NCBI GenBank assembly: GCA_963745035.1
Contig: CAVUVW010000017.1
Span: 1 to 64,000, forward strand
Direction: 5' to 3'
Source of the DNA: an uncultured delta proteobacterium
Lineage (GTDB): Bacteria; Desulfobacterota; Binatia; UBA9968
Length of the DNA stretch: 64,000 nucleotides
The position numbers were made by a program, and so were the translations under genes. Below the pieces are notes generated by a model. That model did not search any database. It was not told where the DNA came from and saw only the letters and a program-made list of their open reading frames with translations. Positions 1-9,956 of this stretch are shown here, piece by piece; within the stretch, counting starts at the first letter, position 1, and every line of letters starts with the position of its first letter.

Positions 1-117
1 GAGAGTGCACCGGTAAAGGGTCGACGTTTACGTTTACGTTGCCGAGCAATTAATCCATGGCTCTGAGCGTGCAACCGTCAGGCGAGACCATGAATAGCGC
101 GAAGGGAGGAAAGAAAA

Positions 118-1137
118 ATGAAACGGTCGATCATGATAGCAATAGGTTTAGTTATGATTGCCAGCGCGGTTCCGGCTACGTCGCAGCAGAATCTTTGCCC
201 GGTCCCGTCAAACGCAGCGACCCTAAACGTCCTTACCCTCAACATTCTTTTTTCTGAATACCCTCAATGTTCGCAGCGGCTTGCTGATATTGCTGATTTT
301 ATCGCCTCAAATGACATCCAGCTCGTTGCATTGCAGGAGGTAGTCGGCGGGATATTGGACAACTTTGTAGCAGATCGACTCGGTGGTGAGCCCGTCGATG
401 GGAACACTGCGCGCGAACTTCGCGATCTGCTTCGAGACAGAGGGGTACAATGCGATCTCAGGACAGCTTTTTCCAGTGGAGTGCCGGCATTGTATGAGGT
501 AGCAAATGCAAACTTAGTCTGCGGCTGTCAGTTCACAGGTAACAAGCTCGTCAGGCTACTTACACCGGCAAGCGAAGGGCTTACGGTAGCAGGCGTTACG
601 GTCGAGCTTACCAGGAGTGTACTGATGACTCGCCTCGATACCGAATCCGGCTCGTTACATATTTATAACACACACCTGTGTAGCCTCTGTAATCAGCAAG
701 AGCGTCTTAGACAAATCAGGGAAGCTCTTAACTTCATTTCGCAGGTGGAGAGTTTTGTTCCAGCGGATCACATCATCTTTCTGGGCGACTTCAACAGTCT
801 GATGGGAGATCAGGTGTACAGGCGGCTCACTTCTGATGGTTTTACTGACACCTATGCTGAAGCCAAAGGCATATCCCTCCAGGACGGCATCGATCCGTCT
901 TGCACGCTCCTGGACACGGCCAATACACAGGGCTGCACGATTGGCGTTTCCCAAGTTATCGACCCCGTACTCGGGCCTGCAACCCTTCCAGTGCGAATCG
1001 ATTACATTTTCGACAAGGGACCATGGACAATCGTGGACAGCTTGGTGGTTTTTAATCCGTTGGCGACCGCCGGACAAGGCCAAAGTGTTTCGGACCACAG
1101 TGCTGTGATTAGCTCCTTCGGCCCGGGTTCGCCGTAA
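118..1137 (+). CDS. Secreted endonuclease/exonuclease/phosphatase (EEP) family protein
   Basis: N-terminal signal peptide; motifs LTLNI, LQEV, NTHL, LGDFNS, RIDYIF, SDHSAV; RBS GGAGG. Confidence 0.9.
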   Translation: MKRSIMIAIGLVMIASAVPATSQQNLCPVPSNAATLNVLTLNILFSEYPQCSQRLADIADFIASNDIQLVALQEVVGGILDNFVADRLGGEPVDGNTARELRDLLRDRGVQCDLRTAFSSGVPALYEVANANLVCGCQFTGNKLVRLLTPASEGLTVAGVTVELTRSVLMTRLDTESGSLHIYNTHLCSLCNQQERLRQIREALNFISQVESFVPADHIIFLGDFNSLMGDQVYRRLTSDGFTDTYAEAKGISLQDGIDPSCTLLDTANTQGCTIGVSQVIDPVLGPATLPVRIDYIFDKGPWTIVDSLVVFNPLATAGQGQSVSDHSAVISSFGPGSP

Positions 1138-1166
1138 GTCCTGTCGCTTCTCCAGGTGGGGCAATC

Positions 1167-1397
1167 ATGAATGCCAGAGGACTGCTGGGATTTCTGCCAG
1201 CCGTGATTTCGGTTACCGGCAGTTTCGCTGAGCCGCCAGGGGCGAAGCTAGCTAAGATTGGTTGGCTCGGTGCCCGTTCCGATTCAGCTCCGACTCGTGA
1301 GGTGTTCCATCGAGAGGTCCACTCGTCCTTCAGTTCAATCCTGCGGAAAGTTTGTGATGGGCTGGCCGAAATAAGCCGCCGTTGGTTAGGGAGATAA
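1167..1397 (+). pseudogene. N-terminal fragment of an ABC transporter substrate-binding protein
   Basis: Signal-like N-terminus followed by AKIGWLGARS, typical of ABC_sub_bind proteins. Similarity ends near 1320. Confidence 0.5.
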
Positions 1398-1433
1398 CCG
1401 CCGCGCTGGCAGCTTTTGTCGGGAAACGAAAAA

Positions 1434-1463
1434 TTGACAAGGCTACGGTGGGTGGCGGATATT
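1434..1463 (+). promoter_or_regulatory. Putative sigma70 promoter (Pc-like) upstream of the cassette
   Basis: TTGACA at 1434-1439; weak -10 (GATATT) at 1458-1463. Confidence 0.4.
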
Positions 1464-1497
1464 GAAACCGATTTTGGATTTTATTGTCGGAGCCACC

Positions 1498-1556
1498 GCC
1501 GAGATAAGCCGACCGGCATTTGTCGCCGCCTACGGCGGCTCACTTAATAGTTAGGC
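1498..1556 (+). other. Integron attI-like recombination site (R-box GTTAGGC at 1550-1556)
   Basis: GTTRRRY core about 30 bp before the gene start. Preceded by TTAATA and by repeated GCCGARATAAGCCG boxes (1365, 1498). Confidence 0.5.
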
Positions 1557-1587
1557 GGCGCATTCGACCTCGATATGGAGGCTATCC

Positions 1588-2646
1588 ATGGCGAAACGAT
1601 CCAGCATCAAAGCCAGCGGGGAAGAGCTAAAAACGTACTTCGCGGACCTAGCGGCTCAGAACGTGTGGCCGCTGTGGACCTTGAATCAGTCCAGGGAACC
1701 CAAAAGCAAGGCTACGCCTTATATCTGGCACTGGAGAGACCTGCGTCCCCTGGCCATGCGCGCAGCAGAATTGGTGGGGACGAAGGAGGCGGAGCGGCGA
1801 GTGTTGGTACTCTCCAACCCGGGTACCCAGTGGGGTGCCGCCAACACACTCTTCGCCAACATTCAGGTGGTGCTGCCAGGTGAAGTCGTCCGGTCCCATC
1901 GTCATACCAATGGCGCGCTTCGCTTCATTATCGAAGGCAAGATCGGTCATACCGTCGTCGATGGCCAGCGCTATCCTATGGTGCCTGGCGATCTTGTGAT
2001 CACACCGAGCTGGAGCTGGCACGACCACGCGAACGAATCGGACGTTCCCATCCTTTGGCTCGACAGCTTGGATGCACCTCTAGTGCGTTTGCTGGAAGTT
2101 GGGTTCCGAGAGGATTATCCCGACGAGATTCAGCCGCCTGGCGAGGGCAACGACAACTCGCAGGCAAGGTACAGCAGCGGCGGTCTCCGTCCTGCGTGGG
2201 AGCCTGCGCCGTCGACGCCTCATACACCCATGTGCCGCTACCCACTGGAGCAGGCCAAAGCGGCGCTGGATCGGCTCGCTGCCGCCGAAGCGGGATCATC
2301 CTACGACGGCATCATCTTGGAGTACACAAACCCCATTACGGGCGGACCCGTGATGCCCACCATTGGCTGCTACATCCAGCTACTGCGCCCGGGAGAGCAC
2401 ACTGAGTGCCATCGTCACACCTCGTGCGTTTGCTACCACGTGGTAGAGGGCTCAGGCTACACGGTGATCGACGGTCAGCAACTGGACTGGGAGGAAAAGG
2501 ATGTTTTTTCCGTGCCTGCTTGGGCGTTTCACGAGCACGTGAACAGCAGCGACCGCCCGGCCATCGTTTTCAGCGTGACGGACATTCCAGTAAAGCGAGC
2601 GCTGGGTTACTATCGCGAGCAGGCGTCCCCGAGCGGGAGGCAGTAA
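1588..2646 (+). CDS. Gentisate 1,2-dioxygenase-like bicupin
   Basis: AERRVLVLSNPG, HRHT..ALRFIIEG, TPSWSWHDH, YTNPITGGPVMPTI and a second cupin HRHT; RBS GGAGG. Confidence 0.9.
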   Translation: MAKRSSIKASGEELKTYFADLAAQNVWPLWTLNQSREPKSKATPYIWHWRDLRPLAMRAAELVGTKEAERRVLVLSNPGTQWGAANTLFANIQVVLPGEVVRSHRHTNGALRFIIEGKIGHTVVDGQRYPMVPGDLVITPSWSWHDHANESDVPILWLDSLDAPLVRLLEVGFREDYPDEIQPPGEGNDNSQARYSSGGLRPAWEPAPSTPHTPMCRYPLEQAKAALDRLAAAEAGSSYDGIILEYTNPITGGPVMPTIGCYIQLLRPGEHTECHRHTSCVCYHVVEGSGYTVIDGQQLDWEEKDVFSVPAWAFHEHVNSSDRPAIVFSVTDIPVKRALGYYREQASPSGRQ

Positions 2647-2740
2647 CTTCTTCTCATCATTGGAAACGAGGGAGAACCAGCCCGTCAATGCCAAAGGCAT
2701 GAAGAGACCAGGACGTCTAAGAGTCCCGGACTGAACATTC

Positions 2741-2799
2741 ACCTAACTATCCGCTTCAGACCGATCGCTTAACAGCGCCGGCTGAGCGTCACCTTAGCT
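2741..2799 (+). other. attC-like site closing the dioxygenase cassette
   Basis: R'' ACCTAAC, 5-nt spacer, imperfect inverted repeat CGCT(T)CAG(A)CCG...CGGCTGAGCG with extrahelical bases, degenerate R' CTTAGCT. Confidence 0.65.
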
Positions 2800-2844
2800 T
2801 GAGATTGAACTGAATTCTCCATCAATTCAGTTGATGTGACGTGA

Positions 2845-3534
2845 TCACTGGAGCGCCGCGCTCGGTGCTTCCCCGGCCTCTCCAGACTGGCGGTCTGGCG
2901 CAGCGATGTCTCTGCTTGCGGCGCGTTTTGGATATGGTTTCGATAATGGCTTGATGCGTTCGGCGATTTCATCGTCCAGCGGCAATAGATACTTAAATTT
3001 CGGCTTTCCTTCGTAACGACTGGCGGATGGATCTACCCGCTGCCGCAGCCAATCAATATCGCTCGTCCCGTACTTCGAGTTGATCGTTCTCCGGTGAGTG
3101 AGCTTCCCGTTCAGCATGATTCCGGCCTCATGTCCGGTCGTGCCGACGTAAATCCAGTTGCCTGCCTGATAAATTTTTCCGAGATGCCCCTGGTTCAAAT
3201 CGGCATAGCTCACGAGCAGCCGTAGTCCCGGCATCTCGTGCTTGAGCATCCTGATCGCGATAGCCAGGATGCGGGTGACCGGCGTTCTGTGCTTGTCTAG
3301 CGCCACCCGGCATAGCTCCGCGCATTCCGTCATCTTGAGTTTGTACTCACCGGCGAGATGCCGGTTCGCACCCCAGGCAAAGACAACAGCGCCGATGAAC
3401 TTGTCGTTTTCCCACACGCCCAATCGTGCCGTCTTCGAGCACGGCAACGACCGGCTGTAATGCCAGTGCTGAACGGCATACTTCGCCGCATCGTAGCTGC
3501 ACCAGTCGATCTTGAGCTTAGGGGACGAATTCAT
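2845..3534 (-). CDS. Mom-like (phage Mu Mom family, GNAT-fold) DNA adenine modification protein
   Basis: HWHYS, G.WE...FIG..VF, ELCRVAL, and SYADLNQGHLGKIYQAGNWIYVG signature. Confidence 0.8.
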   Translation of the reverse strand: MNSSPKLKIDWCSYDAAKYAVQHWHYSRSLPCSKTARLGVWENDKFIGAVVFAWGANRHLAGEYKLKMTECAELCRVALDKHRTPVTRILAIAIRMLKHEMPGLRLLVSYADLNQGHLGKIYQAGNWIYVGTTGHEAGIMLNGKLTHRRTINSKYGTSDIDWLRQRVDPSASRYEGKPKFKYLLPLDDEIAERIKPLSKPYPKRAASRDIAAPDRQSGEAGEAPSAALQ

Positions 3535-4051
3535 GACCGCAGGAAGGGCAGGTGATTGGATTCTTTTTGTCTAACCGGCCCTGGTCATCGGCTCCGCTCG
3601 GCTCGAAGTCAGCATTACGGAAAAAATCCATGTCGATGCTGGGCAATTCCAACTCGCCGTCCAGCTCCGGCAGCTCCAGGTCATTCTCAGTCAGGAATTG
3701 CTCCAGCGAATTGTTGGTCATCTTCCCGTAGCTGCTGCTGATGAGGAGAATCTTCTCCGCCGCTTCTTTCCGGTCCTTAGCTTCGATCAACGCGCAGGGC
3801 AGGGCAGGGACGCTGTAGCCTTCAGCGGCCATCTGGACGAGCACCCGATCTCTCTGAGTACCGTCCAGGATGTAGTTGGCTCCGGCGTCCTGCCAGACGA
3901 AGAACGGGAAACGTGACGCCGTGCTTCAAAATGCTCCGCTTGAGTTTCTCGAAACTCTGCTTGCTAGTTCCTTGAGTTCGCCCTGAAGCGGCGTCAGGTC
4001 CGTTAGGTTCAGGTTCACTGCTGCGGTGCAGCGGATCTCGATGGTCTTCAT
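3518..4051 (-). pseudogene. ParB/Srx-like N-terminal domain protein, two frameshifts
   Basis: Reconstructs as MKTIEIRC...LTPLQGELKEL/SKQSFEKLKRSILKHGV/FPFFVWQDAGANYILDGTQRDRVL...CPSCGHEF. Its ATG overlaps the upstream stop (ATGA at 4048-4051). Confidence 0.7.
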
Positions 4052-4269
4052 CGTGGTACTTGATAGTTCATGAGGATTCGCTTTCCTTCATCGATGGCAT
4101 CATGCCGGACCGAATATCCCAGGTATTTCTCGGCCAGATTCGGATTCATCATCATTGCCACGTTCAGAGCAAGTTTTTGGTCCAGGGCCGGGTTGATCTC
4201 TCTGCACTGGTCGGCAATCTCCTGGAGCTTGATACCTGCATAGTGTTGCTGTTCTGCTGTCGCGCGCAT
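4048..4269 (-). CDS. Small hypothetical protein
   Basis: Strong RBS AAGGAGG; translationally coupled to the ParB-like gene. Confidence 0.65.
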   Translation of the reverse strand: MRATAEQQHYAGIKLQEIADQCREINPALDQKLALNVAMMMNPNLAEKYLGYSVRHDAIDEGKRILMNYQVPR

Positions 4270-4609
4270 ATTTTCCTCCTTATTGTTATGCGTAGTATCT
4301 CTCGTTTATCGACTCGTTCAGACCGTCCATGTAATTCGAGCTACAGACACTCTCTCCGTAAGACTCCGGCATCGGACGTGCAAAGCGCCCGCGCTGTCGC
4401 CGTTGCGCACTATAACCGTTCTTCAAAGTCTTAAATTCCAAACTTCTGACACACACCTTCCGAGAAGATGAATTCGCGCGAGGTGTTTAGCCTGTGCTTA
4501 ACTTGGCACGATGACCAACAATGCAGGCACGCCGTGTCAGCCGACATGACACTGTACAGTGCTGTCGCGTTTGTCCGCTCGCGAAAATCATAGGGTTTGA
4601 TAATTTGTA

Positions 4610-5503
4610 ATGATGAGTAGTATGCCGGACGTCGGTGTATTCAGGCAGTTGGGCGCTTTTGCGGCCCGGACGCTTAAGGGCTTTCGTGCCAATCAAGGAC
4701 TACTTTTGGCGGGCGCCATCGCTTACTATGCGCTGCTATCGATTGTTCCGCTGCTCATTCTTACCGTCATCGGACTCTCTTACGTTATCGATCAAGCGGA
4801 GTTGCTTGATGCGCTCGGCCGCTATTTGGAGTGGGTAATTCCAGGGCAATCCAGATTGATCGTGGCTGAGCTGGCGAATTTTGTTGATCATCGCGACGTG
4901 ATCGGCTGGGTGCTAGTGGCGTCAATGATATTTTTCAGCTCCCTGGCATTCACGGTTCTGGAGAACGCGATGTCAGTAATTTTTATTCACCGGGTCGCCA
5001 TCCGCAGGCGCCATTTTCTCATCTCTGCGCTACTTCCTTATTGCTACATCTTGTTCCTCGGAGTCGGCGTATTGATGGTGACGCTCGTCTCCGCCAGCCT
5101 GCAGGCGATGGGGCACCAAACCGTTGATTTTTTGGGACGTAACTGGTCCCTCGGCAGGGTTTCTGGCGTGCTTCTTTATCTGCTCGGATTCGGCGGCGAA
5201 ATTTTCGTTATTTCTTCCGTCTACCTGGTTATGCCGGTTGGACGGCTGTCACTGCGGCACGCGCTGATCGGCGGCGTCACGGCGGCACTGCTTTGGGAGC
5301 TAACTCGTCATGTGCTCGTCTGGTACTTCGCCACTTTGTCACAGATCGGTGTGGTCTACGGATCACTGACCACCGCAATTACGGTACTGCTCAGCTTAGA
5401 TCTCGCAGCGACGGTACTTTTGTTGGGCGCTCAGGTTATCTCCGAGTATGAGCGCATAGGCAGAGCCAATCAGGAGGAGCCGCCACGGCCATTGCGGACC
5501 TAA
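4610..5503 (+). CDS. YihY/BrkB family inner-membrane protein
   Basis: AGAIAYYALLSIVPLL and VYGSL motifs; about 6 TM segments. Confidence 0.9.
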   Translation: MMSSMPDVGVFRQLGAFAARTLKGFRANQGLLLAGAIAYYALLSIVPLLILTVIGLSYVIDQAELLDALGRYLEWVIPGQSRLIVAELANFVDHRDVIGWVLVASMIFFSSLAFTVLENAMSVIFIHRVAIRRRHFLISALLPYCYILFLGVGVLMVTLVSASLQAMGHQTVDFLGRNWSLGRVSGVLLYLLGFGGEIFVISSVYLVMPVGRLSLRHALIGGVTAALLWELTRHVLVWYFATLSQIGVVYGSLTTAITVLLSLDLAATVLLLGAQVISEYERIGRANQEEPPRPLRT

Positions 5504-5597
5504 GCGGCCCTCGTGACAAAATTCTTCAAGGAGGGAAGCGGGGTATAAAGTGGCTCATTGACTAAATTCTAATCATCCAGCCAATGAGATGTGGTGC

Positions 5598-5744
5598 TTA
5601 ATGCGACTTGGTGGCGGTTTCCTGGATGTCCCGCTCGTGTTCGGTAAGGTCGCCCTCGGCGCGCCGGTTGTGCACCGCCGCCAGACCATGTCGAAACGCG
5701 TTCTGGTTGCCTGGGTGGGCCGCTTTCCCGCGTATCCCTGCCAT
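5598..5744 (-). pseudogene. Truncated terminase-small-subunit-like N-terminus
   Basis: MAGIRGKAAHPGNQNAFRHGL resembles the PGNxNAx(K/R)HG motif of phage small terminases; only 48 codons. Confidence 0.45.
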
Positions 5745-5950
5745 GACGCTAAGAATAGCGGAGACAACGCCGTTTTGCCTGTGAATAGCGGGATTCGAAT
5801 TGTCAGACGGGATTCTATTCGATTTTAGGTGGGATTTCTGGACCGAGCAAAGTAATGGCAAAGCTAAGAAATTCTTCTTTGTTTTCTGGTGGTTAGAGGT
5901 GCTACGAGAATTGATAATCCTCGTGTCGGGTGGGTTCGGTTTTCCTCCCG
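5725..5950 (+). repeat. ~220-bp degenerate direct repeat, copy 1 (element end with tRNA-Phe-like tail)
   Basis: Aligns by eye with 8926-9148 (CCCTGCCATGA...ATAGCGGAGACAACGC...TTTTGCCTGTGAATAGCG...TTCTTCTTTGTTTTCTG...GCTACGAGAATT). TGATAATCCTCGTGTCGG at 5912 matches the tRNA-Phe fragment at 17 of 18 positions. Confidence 0.9.
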
Positions 5951-6202
5951 TGGTGCGGTGGGCTATATGCGTTGGCGGTGGCCACTGACAAACACCAGTC
6001 AATCTGAGAAAGCTCAAAGAAAACAAGGCTGGTAGGCCCGCACGCCCATTCTTATGGTTCAGCCGGGTTGGTGTGGAAATATTCTAATACCGGGACAGTC
6101 GAAGCCTTGCCGCTCCCTCTTTCTCTGAAACGGTGATCAATATTTTGGCGGATTTTACAGTTCTGAGGTTGCGAGAACTAATAGCCTCATATCTTTGCCC
6201 AA

Positions 6203-7864
6203 TTACCTAGGGACGTCGACCCGATGCAACTTATTAACTCGGCGAGTTGGCTCTTCTTGTCTCATTAGTTCCAAAGTACCTCTATTAAGCTTAGCGTTTG
6301 GTAAATCGCGTTTGCTGGCCCAGCCTGATAGCGCCTTCTGTGTTCTCGCACCCGCTTTGCCGTCTGCCGATCCTGGGTCGAAGCCTGCGGTCCTTAAAAG
6401 CCGCTGCATCTCGGCAATTTCAGTTGCTGTAAGAGGCGACTGAGTTAATGCATCCGGCGACATTCTTGCTGCAGCGGAGTTTTCCTCTTCGGGAGTTGCG
6501 ATGCTTCGCTGAGTTTGCAAAAAATTGGTGAAGTCTGCGACTGCGGATAACGGCGACTTCAACCCCACTATTAGCAAATAGGCAATAACTGTTAGGCCAA
6601 GATAGAACGAGACGGGCGTTTGCCAGTCTAACGGTGGCGGCGTAAGCTTCTCAGGTAAATTCAGCTCGGGCCATTCGTCAGCAGTGGGCGGCGCGATGCC
6701 GTCGACCTCAGTCTCCGAGTCAGTCAAAGATTCTTTGTATTGTCGCACGGCTTCGCCGAAGGCAATGCCCGCGTCAGCATTGCTTACCATCCATGCTTCA
6801 TTGAGACCTTCTCCTCCAAAAAAGATTTGGCCGTATTGGACCATCGGTATAGTCGGGTTATTGGAGAAGCGCCGATCAGCGTTGCCGTCTTTATTAACGT
6901 ACTGCCATGTATTCCCGACAATTTGAGCATCCGACGGCACATCACCGTCATAGACGATAAACCGCGTACTTGACGTAGTAATTTGAATTTTCCGAATGTC
7001 CAGCAATGCGAATCGGTCCGCGACCCGCGCAGCAACAAAAGCAGGGTACAGCAGAAGATCAGCCCCATTGGCGTTCTTAAAGTGAGGCGGTTTGAACTCG
7101 GTCGTCAGCACTGAATCATCGCTCCTCCCAAGCCTAACTAATCGCATGTCCAGTAACTGACTTGCAGCACTTCGTGTTCGGTATCTGTCCACGCCCTGAG
7201 CAGATGTAATATCCCAGATCCGGGTACAACGGCTTACGCCATCAAACGCGTTAGCGACGGCGATAAACGCTTGTTTAGATTCCTCGCTAATGCCGAATTC
7301 GACATTTAAGACAAGCGACTCCTTTATCTCTCTAAGAACATCTAAACGTCCCGAACATTCTTCGGCATACTCTCGCCGTGCAGCAACGGTCGCGGGTGCG
7401 ATCCATCGGCTAAGCCACGCAAGTCGTTTAGCCCTGCGTTCGGCCCTAAATGCCTCTCGCTCAGCTTCTGTGATTTGACCTTCAACAGTTTTACGTTGGC
7501 GTTGTAGTTTTTCGACCAAATTACTAACGCGTTCCAGTGATCCGCTTCCTAGTGAGGCTGCATCTACGCTTTGGAATTGAATAACGTCCATCAGACCAGT
7601 AGTAAGTGGTCTATCTTGGACGTCCGGTTCGGCATACCATCGAGGCTCAGGCGGCGCTGTTTGTCGAGGCACGGATTCGGGTCTGTCAAGCCTTGTGCGA
7701 TAGCTTAGACCTGTACCGGGTAGGCCTAAATTGAGGTGAGTCCCGCTAGGACCGAAGTTAACTGTGGCACCGCGTGGGCCGACCGTTGCCGAAATACCAC
7801 GCAGGCCGAAGTTGATTCTCAGCCCTGGTAGTATTTTGATTGACTGGCGAAACCGAAGCCCCAT
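6203..7864 (-). CDS. DUF4236 protein with TM segment and C-terminal peptidoglycan-binding domain
   Basis: MGLRFRQSIKILPGLRINF...GLPGTGLSYR; WQYVNKDGNADRRFSNN; C-terminal QRLLRTAGFDPGSADGKAGARTQKAL. Confidence 0.85.
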   Translation of the reverse strand: MGLRFRQSIKILPGLRINFGLRGISATVGPRGATVNFGPSGTHLNLGLPGTGLSYRTRLDRPESVPRQTAPPEPRWYAEPDVQDRPLTTGLMDVIQFQSVDAASLGSGSLERVSNLVEKLQRQRKTVEGQITEAEREAFRAERRAKRLAWLSRWIAPATVAARREYAEECSGRLDVLREIKESLVLNVEFGISEESKQAFIAVANAFDGVSRCTRIWDITSAQGVDRYRTRSAASQLLDMRLVRLGRSDDSVLTTEFKPPHFKNANGADLLLYPAFVAARVADRFALLDIRKIQITTSSTRFIVYDGDVPSDAQIVGNTWQYVNKDGNADRRFSNNPTIPMVQYGQIFFGGEGLNEAWMVSNADAGIAFGEAVRQYKESLTDSETEVDGIAPPTADEWPELNLPEKLTPPPLDWQTPVSFYLGLTVIAYLLIVGLKSPLSAVADFTNFLQTQRSIATPEEENSAAARMSPDALTQSPLTATEIAEMQRLLRTAGFDPGSADGKAGARTQKALSGWASKRDLPNAKLNRGTLELMRQEEPTRRVNKLHRVDVPR

Positions 7865-8029
7865 TGACCCTTGCGACTCCCTCTCGGCCCGAATTCGCAA
7901 TCAGGACTTACGATTGCAGTCCAGCCTGAGTGTTAGGCACCGCATACGTAGCGAAGTTTCGAAGAGGTGTCAACAAATTCATAGGTGCGGCCCATGACAG
8001 CGTCTTGAGGTGTGCACTGCGGGACAAGA

Positions 8030-8830
8030 CTATTCGGAGGACTTCTTCTCAAGCAACTGTCGAATCGCGACTAATTCTTGCCGGAGACTCTCCCGCTCAT
8101 TCTCGCCTTTCTTAGCTTCAGGTTCTAGAAACCAGGCGGCGACAAAACCTGAGAAAGTGCCAAATAAGCCAACCCCCGCGGTCATCAATAACCCAGCAAT
8201 TAGTCGTCCTTCTGTCGAAAGTGGCACTTTGTCTCCGTATCCCACCGTAGTGATCGTTACGAAAGCCCACCAGAGAGCATCTTCGGGTGTCTTGATGTTT
8301 GCATCGACAGTAGTTTCAAACTGGAGAATCGCAATACTTGAAAAGACAACCAGCAAAATTGAGATTAACGCCGCAGCTAGAAATGTGCCCTCGGATCGAC
8401 GGTCGAGGATAAAAGATATGATGAGTTTAGTTGCTCGAACACCTCTTAACACGCGAAAGATCCGCACAATACGAGCCGCCCGACCCCATCGTAGCGCATC
8501 GACCATAGGAATACTGGAGGCGAGGTCTATCCAGCCCCACGTCGAGAAATATTTCCATTTGTTCGGAGCACAAAAAAAACTCATCAAGAAATCCAAGAAG
8601 AACAGTGCACAAACAAGATTATCAGCAATATCGAGTATCCATCGAGTTGCTTGATCGGTAGAGAAAAAAGACTCTGCAGCGAGAACCCCCAACGCGTACA
8701 GGCACAGTACCAACATGAAAAATTGATAGGGCCAAGATTTGGGCGAAGATTCAGCCCTTTTAGACAGAATTTGCATATCCGAAATTTTCGTTGCCGACAG
8801 ATCAACCCCTGTGTTTTTATCTATGGCCAT
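8030..8830 (-). CDS. Voltage-gated-type potassium channel / ion transporter
   Basis: TVGYGD selectivity filter, S4-like RIVRIFRVLR; probable start MAIDK with RBS GGAGG. Confidence 0.92.
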   Translation of the reverse strand: MAIDKNTGVDLSATKISDMQILSKRAESSPKSWPYQFFMLVLCLYALGVLAAESFFSTDQATRWILDIADNLVCALFFLDFLMSFFCAPNKWKYFSTWGWIDLASSIPMVDALRWGRAARIVRIFRVLRGVRATKLIISFILDRRSEGTFLAAALISILLVVFSSIAILQFETTVDANIKTPEDALWWAFVTITTVGYGDKVPLSTEGRLIAGLLMTAGVGLFGTFSGFVAAWFLEPEAKKGENERESLRQELVAIRQLLEKKSSE

Positions 8831-8925
8831 ACTGCCTCCTGCAATAGATCCATCGTATTCTAGCGGATGCCTAAGTGCCCATAGCTCAGATGTAATCTTG
8901 TAATCTCTCTCACTCAAGGCCGGAT

Positions 8926-9148
8926 TTGCCGCGTGTCCCTGCCATGAGCACAAGGATAGCGGAGACAACGCTATTTTGCCTGTGAATAGCGCGATTCGAT
9001 TGTCAGACGAGATTCTATTCGATTCTGGATGGGATTTCGGACCGACAAAGTACTGGCACAGTCAGAAAATTCTTCTTTGTTTTCTGCTGGTTAGAGGCGC
9101 TACGAGAATTAGAAGTCCTCCTGTCGGGTAGATTCCATTTCTCCCTGC
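8926..9148 (+). repeat. ~220-bp degenerate direct repeat, copy 2
   Basis: Aligns with 5725-5950; includes a shorter MAGTRGK start on the minus strand and a more decayed tRNA-Phe-like tail. Confidence 0.9.
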
Positions 9149-9773
9149 CCTGCGGTCGTCATAAGCGTGCTCAACGCGAGGGCAAACACGTTTATCTGGC
9201 GTTGTCGAAAGTAGAAACCAATTTTTCGCTGGATTTGACTGGTTGTTGCTTTTCGATAGGCGCAGGGTCGCCAGCACACAACAGCTCCTTGAATACTGAG
9301 CTTATTAATCCCGCTGCTTGCTGCACTCTAAACGCTCTCAGGCAAGGCACGAATTGAGCCGTCATTCTCCAAGAGCCGCAGGCCCCAAACGACGTCCTGA
9401 GCAGTCGTGCGATTGCCTAGACATACAAAGTCAAAGGCAAAAGTGAGATCTCTCGCACCTCTGACCACGAACCAATGGTCAGTCGCTTGAGAGAAAGCTC
9501 TTTGCGGAACATACATTGACCCGATTCCTATAACTGGCGCAACCAAAGTTCTTTTCAATTTCACTCGCAGTCCTGCTTTATACCAATACTGCAACTCAAC
9601 AAGTCGCTGCTCCGTTTTCGATAGATTGTTGGGACTCGCTGCGCAAGACGCGACCAATCGAATTGGCTTCCCGTGCCGAAAAATTCTTTCAAACCTTCCA
9701 AAAAACATACAGTATTCCCTGGCATAATTGTCGCGTCCGGGGCCTGGTCTTCGCTTTGGACAGGAGGACCGAA

Positions 9774-9956
9774 ATGAACAACTTAGATGATTCGCTGAGG
9801 CTCATGTCACTAGATCAGGCTGCTACCATCCTCAATGTCTCCAAGAGAACAGTGCTTCGCATGATTCAGAACGGCCATTTTCCAGCCTTCAAGCTCGGTC
9901 ACCAATGGAGAATCTCGGCAGTTAAGTTTGAAAAATGGCTTGAAAAAGATCACTAG
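9774..9956 (+). CDS. Excisionase-family (HTH_17) DNA-binding protein
   Basis: LMSLDQAATILNVSKRTVLRMIQNGHFPAFKLGHQWRI; RBS AGGAGG. Confidence 0.85.
   Translation: MNNLDDSLRLMSLDQAATILNVSKRTVLRMIQNGHFPAFKLGHQWRISAVKFEKWLEKDH

Noticed and set aside
7880-7940. attC between the K+ channel and DUF4236 genes
   Set aside because: GCCTAAC is present on the minus strand, but there is no matching GTTRRRY or proper L-box symmetry.
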